From contig JBFOMH010000013.1 in the NCBI GenBank assembly GCA_040830765.1, forward strand, positions 64,001 through 128,000: a stretch of 64,000 nucleotides of DNA, given 5' to 3'. This document shows, piece by piece, positions 19,603 to 28,265 of the stretch. Source of the DNA: Puniceicoccaceae bacterium. GTDB taxonomy: Bacteria; Verrucomicrobiota; Verrucomicrobiia; Opitutales; Oceanipulchritudinaceae. The position numbers were made by a program, and so were the translations under genes. The notes beneath the pieces were generated by a model. The model worked only from the letters and a program-made list of their open reading frames with translations, searched no databases and was not told the origin of the DNA. Position 1 is the stretch's first letter. The number at the start of each line of letters is the position of its first letter.

Positions 19603-20655
19603 ATGCCGAAACCGAATCAGCAGCAAATCGCCGACCTGTTGGGTCTCTCCCGGACAACAGTATCCCGCTGCTTCACCCATAATTCCCGGATCAATCCGGA
19701 GACCCGGGCCCGGGTTTTCGAGTGTGCCGCCAAGTTGGGCTACCGTTACCACCCGCAGCGAACGATCATGGGGGAGGAGGTCCGTATCCGGAAGGACCGG
19801 GTTGCCGTACTCATCGGTTCCCCCGACCCGGCCGCCAAGGACACCGCAGCCGCCAAGGCCATCATCGGTGGACTTAGCAAGCAGGTGAACGCAGAGGGCT
19901 TGTCCCTTGAGGTGCATTATGTGGATCCCGCCACCTTCCAACCCAAGCCCCGCAGCCGGCGCATTGTCGGGGATGCCTCCTGGAGTGACTGGCTTGGCAT
20001 CATCATGCTCTATCCCTTTGACCAGGCAGCTATCAGTAACCTCAAGCTGCGACGCCCCCTCATCTCTCTTCTCGAGGATTACGAGGATGATGATGTCGAT
20101 TACATCGACACCGACCACGGCCGGGGTATTTCCCGCCTGATGGACCATCTCCAGGGTCTGGGCCATCGCCGGATTGGGTTCCTCAGCTGGAAATACTCCA
20201 TTCCCGTCCATTGGGCGGAACGCCGCTTTGGGGCCTACGTGGAAAGCCTCTTCCGGCATAATCTAGAATTCGACCCCTCCATTGTCCTCAATATTCGTCG
20301 CGACCAGCACATCCACTCCAGTGAACTCCCGGACCTCGTTATCCGTTCCATGGAAAAGGGCGTTACAGCATGGGTCTGCGCCGCCGACCACCAGGCTGTT
20401 GAGCTTATCAAAGCGCTCCAGAAGCGGGGGATCGACATCCCCCGGGACCTCTCGATCACCGGCTTCGACGGCATTCCCGTTCCGGAGGGCCTTCCCGCCC
20501 TCACCTCCATCCGCATGCCCTTCGACGAAATCGGGCGCAGCGCCGTCGCCACCCTTCTCCGCCGCACCCAGCAACCTACCGCGGAACGGCGCCAGGTCAT
20601 GATCAGCGGCCAGCTCATCAAGGGCCAGACAACTGCCCAACCGGCGAAAGACTGA
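19603..20655 (+). CDS. LacI-family transcriptional regulator
   Basis: N-terminal HTH (IADLLGLSRTTVSR); LGHRRIGF, DLSITGFDG, LTSI in the sensor domain. Confidence 0.92.
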   Translation: MPKPNQQQIADLLGLSRTTVSRCFTHNSRINPETRARVFECAAKLGYRYHPQRTIMGEEVRIRKDRVAVLIGSPDPAAKDTAAAKAIIGGLSKQVNAEGLSLEVHYVDPATFQPKPRSRRIVGDASWSDWLGIIMLYPFDQAAISNLKLRRPLISLLEDYEDDDVDYIDTDHGRGISRLMDHLQGLGHRRIGFLSWKYSIPVHWAERRFGAYVESLFRHNLEFDPSIVLNIRRDQHIHSSELPDLVIRSMEKGVTAWVCAADHQAVELIKALQKRGIDIPRDLSITGFDGIPVPEGLPALTSIRMPFDEIGRSAVATLLRRTQQPTAERRQVMISGQLIKGQTTAQPAKD

Positions 20656-20718
20656 CCCAATCCACCAAAGTGGATTGAGCCTTGAATTTTGGCCCCTTTT
20701 GGGAAACGGTATCCGTTT

Positions 20719-21594
20719 ATGGACGAAAGAAAGCCCAACTGGCTGCGGGCCAAGCTGCCGACCAGCCCGGAGTACCGCAAGACGCGCGAGATCGTCGACC
20801 GGACCTCCCTGCACACGGTCTGCCAGAGCGCCCAGTGTCCCAACATGGGGGAATGCTGGAGCCGCCGCACGGCGACGGTAATGATCCTCGGCAATACCTG
20901 CACCCGCGCCTGCACATTCTGCGCCATCCATACCGGGCGACCCACCGAGCTGGACCTCGCCGAGCCGGCACGGGTAGCCATGGGGGTCAAGGAAATGGGG
21001 CTGCGGCACGCGGTCATCACCTCGGTGGCCCGGGATGACCTGAAAGACGGCGGTGCCTCAGTCTGGGCCGCCACCATCAAGGCCATCCGCTATCGTTGCC
21101 CGGAGACTGCCATTGAGGTCCTGATCCCGGATTTCCGAGGCAATCTCGATCAACTGGACACCGTCCTCGATGCCCGGCCGGACATCCTCAACCACAATAT
21201 GGAAACCGTGAAACGCCTCCAGCGCCCGGTGCGCAAGACAGCTTCCTGGGACATCACGACCAAGGTGCTGGTGCATTCCAAGTCGCGCGACTTCACCACC
21301 AAGTCGGGCATCATGCTGGGTATTGGCGAAGAGGAACAGGAGATCGAGGAAACCATCCGCCACTTTGCTGACATCGGTCTGGATATCCTGACCATCGGCC
21401 AGTACCTCCGCCCCACTCGCGAGCACCGCAAGATGTTCCGCTGGGTCACTCCAGAGGAATTCCGCCACTGGAAGGAATTCGGGCTCAAGCTTGGTATTGG
21501 TGTAGTTGAATCCGGCCCCCTCGTCCGCTCCAGCTACCATGCCGACGAGCAATCCGACCGTTATACCCGCTCCGCCGAGGCCGCGACAGCGTAA
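20719..21594 (+). CDS. lipA: Lipoyl synthase
   Basis: CQSAQCPNMGEC and CTRACTFC motifs, ITSVARDDL, VRSSYHA. Confidence 0.97.
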   Translation: MDERKPNWLRAKLPTSPEYRKTREIVDRTSLHTVCQSAQCPNMGECWSRRTATVMILGNTCTRACTFCAIHTGRPTELDLAEPARVAMGVKEMGLRHAVITSVARDDLKDGGASVWAATIKAIRYRCPETAIEVLIPDFRGNLDQLDTVLDARPDILNHNMETVKRLQRPVRKTASWDITTKVLVHSKSRDFTTKSGIMLGIGEEEQEIEETIRHFADIGLDILTIGQYLRPTREHRKMFRWVTPEEFRHWKEFGLKLGIGVVESGPLVRSSYHADEQSDRYTRSAEAATA

Positions 21595-21598
21595 AAAT

Positions 21599-21653
21599 GA
21601 GTCGGCCCTTCAGGGCCGGTCACGCCACAACCGGGCCTGAAGGCCCGACTCCT
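21599..21653. repeat. REP doublet (REPIN) copy 1
   Basis: GAGT-CGGCCC-TTCA-GGGCCG-GTCACGCCACAAC-CGGGCC-TGAA-GGCCCG-ACTCCT; two inverted REP hairpins; identical to 22334-22388. Confidence 0.92.
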
Positions 21654-22257
21654 TTGTTTCAGATGGTTCCTTGATTCCGCTATCCGCAGATGGATAGGTT
21701 AGGAGGATTTCCTGTGCCTGTTTTATCCCGAGTTGATTCGTAAATTCAAGTGCACTCGACCAGGGCCAATCATTCTTGTTCAAAGAGTAACCGTGATGAA
21801 CAGGATTTTCATGAATGTAATTGAGTACAGAGTAATATTGTCGGTTTGAACGTATGATTCTATCAAACACTCGGAACCAGACTTTCCTCCCAGTACACTT
21901 ATCTTCCAAATTCCATTGCCGGGATGTTCTTCCATGCAATTTACCTAGCGTCAAGCGGAGTGCAGCAATGTCATTTCCCTCGACGAGAAGGTGGTAATGA
22001 TTCGGGAGCACACAGAAAGCTTCTAAAACGAAATCAGCCCTGATTACCTCTGACAAAAGATTTTCCGTGAACGTACCCATTCGCTCATTGGAAGAGCCAA
22101 GTACAGGTTGATGCTGGTAATTGGCTCCAGTGAGGAAAAATATGCCTGCGATGCCATCAGTGAAATGTGGCAGGTCATGGGCTGGCTGCCCTTTATGCAT
22201 CCATTCCTTGAGCACTTTTCGCCGCTCTGAAACATCCAATTTCTGCCATGCATACAT
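21610..22257 (-). mobile_element. REP-associated tyrosine transposase (RAYT; HUH Y1 family)
   Basis: PNHYHLL (HUH), DRIIR, NYIHENPVHHG (catalytic Tyr), WPWSS motifs; visibly AT-rich; flanked by REPINs. Confidence 0.92.
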
Positions 22258-22333
22258 AATCCTTAGCCTGCCTCTGACCCCTTATCCATCAATCATCTCC
22301 ATTACCCTAATTTGAGTATCGGCGAACTAAAGA

Positions 22334-22415
22334 GAGTCGGCCCTTCAGGGCCGGTCACGCCACAACCGGGCCTGAAGGCCCGACTCCTATTACTCTAGCC
22401 TGAAGGCCCGACTCC
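22334..22415. repeat. REP doublet (REPIN) copy 2 plus an extra partial REP arm
   Basis: 22334-22388 identical to 21599-21653; GCCTGAAGGCCCGACTCC repeated at 22398-22415. Confidence 0.92.
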
Positions 22416-22482
22416 CAAAGGATATCCTAAAGTCGTGATCGGTCTTTACTCCACGGCGGTTTTGGATGAAATTAGCCAGGTC

Positions 22483-22635
22483 ATGTGGCAACTTTTCAAG
22501 GAATTCCTCCTTTTCCTGAGACAGGAGAAAAAGTGGTGGCTGATCCCGCTGGTGGTCATTCTGCTCCTCCTTGCGGCCATCATCGTATTCACTGGTGGCT
22601 CCGTTCTGGCCCCGCTGATGTATCCGTTCATGTAG
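22483..22635 (+). CDS. DUF5989 / SxtK-like small membrane protein
   Basis: 50 aa MWQLFKEFLLFLRQEKKWWLIP...SVLAPLMYPFM; directly upstream of the carbamoyltransferase. Confidence 0.85.
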   Translation: MWQLFKEFLLFLRQEKKWWLIPLVVILLLLAAIIVFTGGSVLAPLMYPFM

Positions 22636-22644
22636 GAGAGTCGC

Positions 22645-24462
22645 GTGCGTCACATCCTCGGCATCTCCGCCTATTACCACGACTCAGCCGCTGCCTTGCT
22701 GAAGGACGGTGCTATCGTTGCAGCCGCCCAGGAGGAACGCTTTTCCCGGAGAAAGAACGATGAACGATTCCCGCGTCATGCCGTCGCCTTTTGTCTTGAA
22801 AAAGCGGGCCTGACAGAGGCCGATCTCGATGCGGTGGTCTTCTATGACAAGCCGATCGTCAAGTTCGCCCGCCTTTTGGAATCCTATCTGGCCGTTGCTC
22901 CGGCCGGCTGGCTGACCTTTCCCCGTGTCGTCCCTCCATGGCTGGGTGAAAAGCTTAATCTTCGCGGCACCATCCGCCACGAAATGCCGGGACTCGATAC
23001 GGAGACTCCCGTCCTCTTTACCGAGCACCACCAATCCCATGCCGCCAGCGCCTTCTTTCCTTCGCCCTTCGAGGAGGCGGCTATCCTGACGGTTGATGGT
23101 GTCGGTGAATGGGCCACCACGACGATTGGCTATGGCGAGGGGAATGACGTGGAGATCCTTAAGGAACTGAAATTCCCCCACTCCCTCGGACTGCTTTACT
23201 CCGCCTTCACCGCTTATTGCGGGTTCCGGATCAATTCAGGGGAGTACAAGTTAATGGGACTGGCCCCCTATGGGGAACCGAAGTACGTCGACCGGATTTA
23301 CGACCACCTCATCGACGTCAAGGCAGACGGCTCCCTGCGGCTCAACCTGGATTACTTCCATTTCCTGCGCGGTTTCAAGATGACCAATGGAAAATTCGAC
23401 CAGCTGTTTGGTGGACCGATGCGCAAGCCGGAGACCCAGTTGGAGCAACGTCACATGGACCTCGCCCGCTCCATCCAGGTGGTCACCGAGGAGACGATGC
23501 TCAAGCTGGCCCGCCATGCCCGGGAGGTGACTGGCAAGGCCAACCTTTGTCTCGCCGGCGGCGTGGCGCTCAACTGTGTCGCCAACGGGAAGATTCTCCG
23601 GGAAAAGATCTTTGACAACATCTGGATCCAGCCGGCCGCTGGCGACGCCGGTGGCGCACTGGGTGCGGCTCTCGCCGTCTGGCATATGCACAAGGAACAC
23701 CCCCAGCCGCGCACGGTGCAAAAGCCGGACTCCATGCAGGGGGCATTCCTCGGACCCGAGTTTTCCGACGAGGCAATCGAAGCGCTCCTCAAGCAGCACA
23801 ATGCGGTCTACCAAAAGTTGGACCCTGCTGCCCTTCATTCGACCATCGTCAACCTATTGGAAAAGGGCCATATCGTGGCCCGCTTCCATGGCCGCATGGA
23901 GTACGGTCCCCGGGCCCTAGGCCACCGATCGATCCTTGGGGATCCCCGCTCGGAGAAAATGCAAACCGTGCTCAACCTCAAGGTGAAGTTCCGCGAGTCC
24001 TTCCGGCCCTTTGCCCCGGCCGTGCTGGAGGAAAGGGTGGGTGAGTTATTTGAGCTCAAGACCCCCTCCCCCTACATGCTCATTGTCGCCCCGGTCCATC
24101 AGGAGCAACGGCTGCAAGTGGAGCCTGGGGCCAGTGGACTCGAACGCCTCAAGCAGCTCCGTTCAAGACTTCCGGCCATTACCCATGTCGATTACTCCGC
24201 CCGGGTCCAGACAGTCAGTCAGGATACCAATCCCGACTTCCATGCCATCCTCAAGCGCTTTGAGGAGCAGACCGGTTGTCCTGTCCTCGTCAATACCTCC
24301 TTCAATGTCCGGGGCGAACCGGTTGTCTGTTCTCCCGACGATGCCTACCGTTGCTTCGTCAACACTGAGATGGACTACCTGGCCATCGGCAGCTTCCTTC
24401 TTGAACGCAACGCCCAGCCCCATGAGGGCGTCAAACAACAATTTCATCCTGTTCCCGATTAA
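22645..24462 (+). CDS. Carbamoyltransferase (NodU/CmcH/SxtI family)
   Basis: ILGISAYYHDSAA, EERFSR, HHQSHAASAF, GEYKLMGLAPYG, GPRALGHRS, RESFRPFAP, NTSFNVRGEP motifs. Confidence 0.95.
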   Translation: MRHILGISAYYHDSAAALLKDGAIVAAAQEERFSRRKNDERFPRHAVAFCLEKAGLTEADLDAVVFYDKPIVKFARLLESYLAVAPAGWLTFPRVVPPWLGEKLNLRGTIRHEMPGLDTETPVLFTEHHQSHAASAFFPSPFEEAAILTVDGVGEWATTTIGYGEGNDVEILKELKFPHSLGLLYSAFTAYCGFRINSGEYKLMGLAPYGEPKYVDRIYDHLIDVKADGSLRLNLDYFHFLRGFKMTNGKFDQLFGGPMRKPETQLEQRHMDLARSIQVVTEETMLKLARHAREVTGKANLCLAGGVALNCVANGKILREKIFDNIWIQPAAGDAGGALGAALAVWHMHKEHPQPRTVQKPDSMQGAFLGPEFSDEAIEALLKQHNAVYQKLDPAALHSTIVNLLEKGHIVARFHGRMEYGPRALGHRSILGDPRSEKMQTVLNLKVKFRESFRPFAPAVLEERVGELFELKTPSPYMLIVAPVHQEQRLQVEPGASGLERLKQLRSRLPAITHVDYSARVQTVSQDTNPDFHAILKRFEEQTGCPVLVNTSFNVRGEPVVCSPDDAYRCFVNTEMDYLAIGSFLLERNAQPHEGVKQQFHPVPD

Positions 24463-24465
24463 GCC

Positions 24466-24864
24466 ATGCTCCGACTCAAGGAAAAGCCCTCCGAATGGAT
24501 CCAGTTCACCGCCGTCATGGGACTGGGGGCCAATATCATTGTCTGGCTCCTGGCACGGCAGGGAATCGTGTCGCCCGCCGTCTCCCTCACCACGGCCATC
24601 CTCGCCCTTCTGGCCATTGCTATTGCCTTCGCCCGGCCCCGATGGTTCAGGGGCTTCTATCGTGGAGGAATGACCGTCAGCTTCCACATCGGCCAGACCT
24701 TCGGCAAGGTCCTCCTCATCCTCTTCTTCTTCCTCCTCGTTACGCCCATGGGACTCCTCCTCCGACTCCTCGGCAAGGACCTTCTTCATCTAAAGCCCAG
24801 CGCTGGGGAAAAATCCTGCTGGCAGAAGGCCAATTCCAGCCGCGAATTCGATAGGATGTTCTAG
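24466..24864 (+). CDS. SxtJ-family membrane protein
   Basis: Hydrophobic; FFLLVTPMGLLLRLLGKDLL and terminal 'DRMF'; follows the carbamoyltransferase. Confidence 0.8.
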   Translation: MLRLKEKPSEWIQFTAVMGLGANIIVWLLARQGIVSPAVSLTTAILALLAIAIAFARPRWFRGFYRGGMTVSFHIGQTFGKVLLILFFFLLVTPMGLLLRLLGKDLLHLKPSAGEKSCWQKANSSREFDRMF

Positions 24865-24872
24865 TCCAAAAA

Positions 24873-24936
24873 GAGTCGGGTCCCGCATTGGCGGGAACCG
24901 GTTGTTTCGTAACCGGCCCTGAAGGGCCGAATCCCT
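24873..24936. repeat. Variant inverted REPIN copy
   Basis: Right arm CCGGCCCTGAAGGGCCGAATCC matches the reverse complement of the REP; left arm has a substituted TCCCGC-ATTG-GCGGGA hairpin. Confidence 0.8.
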
Positions 24937-24950
24937 AAGTTCACTTATTC

Positions 24951-24980
24951 AAAAAAACCCGCACTCCGAAGAGTGCGGGT
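24951..24980 (-). terminator. Rho-independent terminator of PEP-CTERM gene 25021-25602
   Basis: ACCCGCACTC-TTCG-GAGTGCGGGT followed by a T tract on the minus strand. Confidence 0.9.
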
Positions 24981-25020
24981 CGTTCATAAGGAATGGAATG
25001 TTCCCAAATTTAAGTTAAGC

Positions 25021-25602
25021 TTACGCCTGCTTGCGACGACGATACAGGACAAATCCGAGAGCGGCAAACCCACCCAAGAGGGCAAAAGTTGAGGGCTCAG
25101 GTACAACACCAACGTTGTCGAAACCAGTATTCCCGCCGGCCACAGAAAGCGGCACAAACTTGAGAAAGGTTGCAGCAGCATTGATGGTATACTCAAAGGT
25201 GTAAGTGTCCCAACTGGTAGTTGGATCAAACAATACATCACCAGTGCCGTTGTCGAGGAAACCACCACCGTTCCAGGATTCAATCTTTAAACCGGCAACA
25301 ATAGCATCATCGGCCAAATCGATCATATCCCATGAAATAGTAACTGTGTCCCCAGCACTCAGGCCATTTGATGCCAGGTCAAAATCGCCTACAAGAACGC
25401 CCCAACCAGTGGTTGAGTCAATTACACCATATCCGCCGGGATTTCCGCCAGTGGTAGGGTAGCTGAAAGTGGCAGGACCATCTGCTGCGACCCAACCTGC
25501 CCCGTCAGGTGTCTCGAAGTCACCGTTGGGGACCAAAACAAGTTGAGCACTTGCAACTGTTGCGATAGACAGAGCTGCCAGGCATAGGAATAGTTTCTTC
25601 AT
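25021..25602 (-). CDS. PEP-CTERM sorting domain protein (carbohydrate-binding-like beta-sandwich)
   Basis: Signal peptide, NGDFE...FDNV core, VPEPSTFALLGG + TM + RRRK tail. Confidence 0.92.
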   Translation of the reverse strand: MKKLFLCLAALSIATVASAQLVLVPNGDFETPDGAGWVAADGPATFSYPTTGGNPGGYGVIDSTTGWGVLVGDFDLASNGLSAGDTVTISWDMIDLADDAIVAGLKIESWNGGGFLDNGTGDVLFDPTTSWDTYTFEYTINAAATFLKFVPLSVAGGNTGFDNVGVVPEPSTFALLGGFAALGFVLYRRRKQA

Positions 25603-25828
25603 AAGTCTAAGAATTAGTGATTATCGTTGGTCAAACTCGGATAAGGTATCCGAACGATAACCATGCAATACAATGCTGTTCGGTTGTCAAATAAAAGATG
25701 CAATAAAATGCAATTTTAATTTTACAAACACCGGGCTAATTCCCCTTTTTATGCGGTCTCCAGCCGTTATTATGCAAAAATCTTAACATAAAAACTGCCT
25801 TGGGCAGGATATCCTGCATAAATTCCAC

Positions 25829-27718
25829 TTATTTTCGCAAGGAAGGATAAGCGGCGAGAATCCGGTCGAGCTCATCCTTGGCAAAGGACTGGTTGGGATC
25901 GATCTCCAATGCCTTCCGTAAATACTCCACGGCTTCCTTGAAGCGATCCTCCTTGGCCAACAATGATCCGACGAAATAATGCGGCCAGGGGGCATGAGGC
26001 AGGAGAGTACAAATCTCCTTTCCCTGATTGATGGCTTCAGGCAATGCACCCGTCATCTCAAAAAATTGCGCATAGTTCCACCTGATCAGAGTGTCTTCCG
26101 GAGACCGGCGGAGCGCATCCTCATAAGATTTTTGATCTCTCGCAGGCGTAGCCGATGTCGTTCGCGAATCCACTTCAAGCATCCTGTCCTTACAGTATTG
26201 GACATTTGAAGGGTGACTGGACTGGGAAATAAAGGGGGCCACAGAAATGCGCCCGAGGGCAACATCCCATACGCGCTTCTGGTCCCATAAGGTAATCGCC
26301 AATTGGCGAACACAGGCTTGGTATTCATACTCAGACGTGTTCTCCCTGTGATTCTCTACGATCGACGGTGGTAGTAATTCGCCGACCCTGCCGGCAAGGA
26401 TTCGAGCCAGGCGATAGTTCCCCTCGAGCGTGAAATGTACGTGCTCGTAGAACAGTTCTTTTCCCGGAATACCGTAAGACGCCTGATTCGCCAACGCCTT
26501 TTCCGCATCTACACCGAGCACCGAAGCATCGACGTGCTTGGCCGCCGCGTCCATGATAATCCGGTTGATCCTCGTGTCCGCTCGAACGGCAAGCGCATCA
26601 AGATCCCTTGCCCGGTTGAAGGCCTCCATCGCAAGATCATTGTCCCCCAGCTTCAGGTAACATGATCCAATACGGAACTGAAGCTCCGCAAAACCAGCAT
26701 CAATCGCCGCCGCCTTCAGGTAATCATCCAACGCGGCCTCAAGCGAGCCGGTCTTCTCCAGTTTAAGTCCATTTTGATAAAGGAGATCCCATGCGCTTAG
26801 ATCCTCGCCAGTCAGATGCGTGGAGTGCAATGACGAAAACGGTGAACAATTCCTCAGATTACTAACCACAGTACTCAGGACAACCGGGACACCTGCCTTT
26901 TCGCCTTCCCTGATAATATCCTCAAGATTTCCCCTGAAATTCTCATAGGCTTTCAATCGCGCCGGATCATCATGCCGGAGCAGATTTTTGCTGAACATTT
27001 CGATGCCACCCCACGCCTCTGGTTCACCGGATCCACCCCTTGCTAAGGCAATCATGTCGGCAATGAGCTGACCGATTCGGGTCGACTTCAAAAGGAGGCT
27101 GGTTCTGACAACTGTTAAACCGGGTGCTTTTTCGCCGAATACGGTACCCGCACCGAACGGGCCAACCATCTCGTTGTTGCCCATGTAGATGAGCCACATA
27201 TCACCGTCCCGCTTGGCACAATCCCGGGCAATGGGGAGAATAACGTGTGAATTGATGGCTGTTATGGCGACGGGAACCACTTCAAAATTCGTATCCGGAT
27301 AACGCGTTTCAAGAAGCACCTCCAGAAAGCGGCCCATCCCGAAGGAGGGATCCGGATCTCCATACGCGGCGGATTCCCCGAACAAGAAAATCCTGAAGGT
27401 ACCCTCTGGCTTCTCTGCCGCCATTCGCATCGGAAGTGGCGCACGAGCGAGTGCTGGCGGGAAAAATCGATGGGTGAACTTCCGGTTGGGGATCAAGTAC
27501 TCCTCTCCTTCGATCGTGCTGGGCACAAAGTAATCTGTGTTATACCCGTATCCGGAAAAACGGAGCAACAACTCCAATCCCCCCAGTATAAGGAGTGGCA
27601 TGAATACCATCGCCACAAGACGCATGAGCCAACGACGACCTTCAGGAGCGGAAGGCTGTTGCGAATCCATGCCTTCAGGTGCTTCTCGCAAGTCGCTTTC
27701 GGTAGGAATTAAATTCAT
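25829..27718 (-). CDS. Membrane-anchored SGNH/GDSL-hydrolase-like protein with TPR repeats
   Basis: N-terminal TM; FGESAAYG, YMGNNE, EHVHF blocks; TPR-like helices in the middle and at the C-terminus. Confidence 0.78.
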   Translation of the reverse strand: MNLIPTESDLREAPEGMDSQQPSAPEGRRWLMRLVAMVFMPLLILGGLELLLRFSGYGYNTDYFVPSTIEGEEYLIPNRKFTHRFFPPALARAPLPMRMAAEKPEGTFRIFLFGESAAYGDPDPSFGMGRFLEVLLETRYPDTNFEVVPVAITAINSHVILPIARDCAKRDGDMWLIYMGNNEMVGPFGAGTVFGEKAPGLTVVRTSLLLKSTRIGQLIADMIALARGGSGEPEAWGGIEMFSKNLLRHDDPARLKAYENFRGNLEDIIREGEKAGVPVVLSTVVSNLRNCSPFSSLHSTHLTGEDLSAWDLLYQNGLKLEKTGSLEAALDDYLKAAAIDAGFAELQFRIGSCYLKLGDNDLAMEAFNRARDLDALAVRADTRINRIIMDAAAKHVDASVLGVDAEKALANQASYGIPGKELFYEHVHFTLEGNYRLARILAGRVGELLPPSIVENHRENTSEYEYQACVRQLAITLWDQKRVWDVALGRISVAPFISQSSHPSNVQYCKDRMLEVDSRTTSATPARDQKSYEDALRRSPEDTLIRWNYAQFFEMTGALPEAINQGKEICTLLPHAPWPHYFVGSLLAKEDRFKEAVEYLRKALEIDPNQSFAKDELDRILAAYPSLRK

Positions 27719-27907
27719 GGATTTAAAGGTAGAAAGCTTTTAGACAATGAGGGAATAAATTACTAATGCTTCAATCTTCTCCGTTTGTGCAAGCGTCAAG
27801 TTGTGGTCATCACTACGCTAAGTGGACCACGAGCAGTATGGCCTAAAATCTCTAAACCAACCAGAACAAGTGGTTGGACTCTCACTCTCCGAGCTGACCG
27901 ACTGACA

Positions 27908-28199
27908 ATCGAGTAGCTAGGGGAGATTGCTCTCCCCCGGCTCTCAAACCACCGGACGAACGGGTCACCTATCACGGCGGTTCCTAGCCAGATGCTGTTC
28001 TCAGTTTCATCAGGTAATCGAAGACGGAAACGAGTCCCCATTCGGAGAGGAGGCGCTTTGCCATGGGCTTCCTCCCCACGACCACCTCGCGATGCCGCAG
28101 CTGACCTTCGGCTAATCCTTCCCCTTGCCGGGTGGATAACTGACTTTCATGGGTCTTGCTCATGATCACTGTCAAGCAGTTGCGCCCTGACGGGCGCCC
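27908..28199 (-). mobile_element. Internally deleted group IIC intron (292 nt)
   Basis: 5' GGGCGCCCGTCAGGGCGCA directly after a terminator; DI-like TTAGCCGAAGG...GGAAGCCCATGGCAAA; DV GAACCGCCG...CGGTGGTTT; DVI with GCAA loop, bulged A and terminal GAT. Confidence 0.88.
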
Positions 28200-28201
28200 A
28201 T

Positions 28202-28231
28202 AAAAAAACCCGCCATCCGAAGATGGCGGGT
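28202..28231 (-). terminator. Rho-independent terminator of PEP-CTERM gene 28266-28907 (intron target site)
   Basis: ACCCGCCATC-TTCG-GATGGCGGGT followed by a T tract. Confidence 0.9.
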
Positions 28232-28265
28232 AGTAGAAAAAGACGTTAACTCAAGACCGGAGCGA

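Noticed and set aside
21599..22415. CRISPR array
   Set aside because: Only two 55-bp copies separated by a transposase gene; no spacers or cas genes.
22483..24864. Saxitoxin biosynthesis cluster
   Set aside because: Only sxtI/J/K-like genes, which are widespread; no sxtA, sxtG or other core genes in the window.
27984..28175. 63-aa ORF as an independent gene
   Set aside because: Chimeric reading through intron domain I into the IEP C-terminal remnant.
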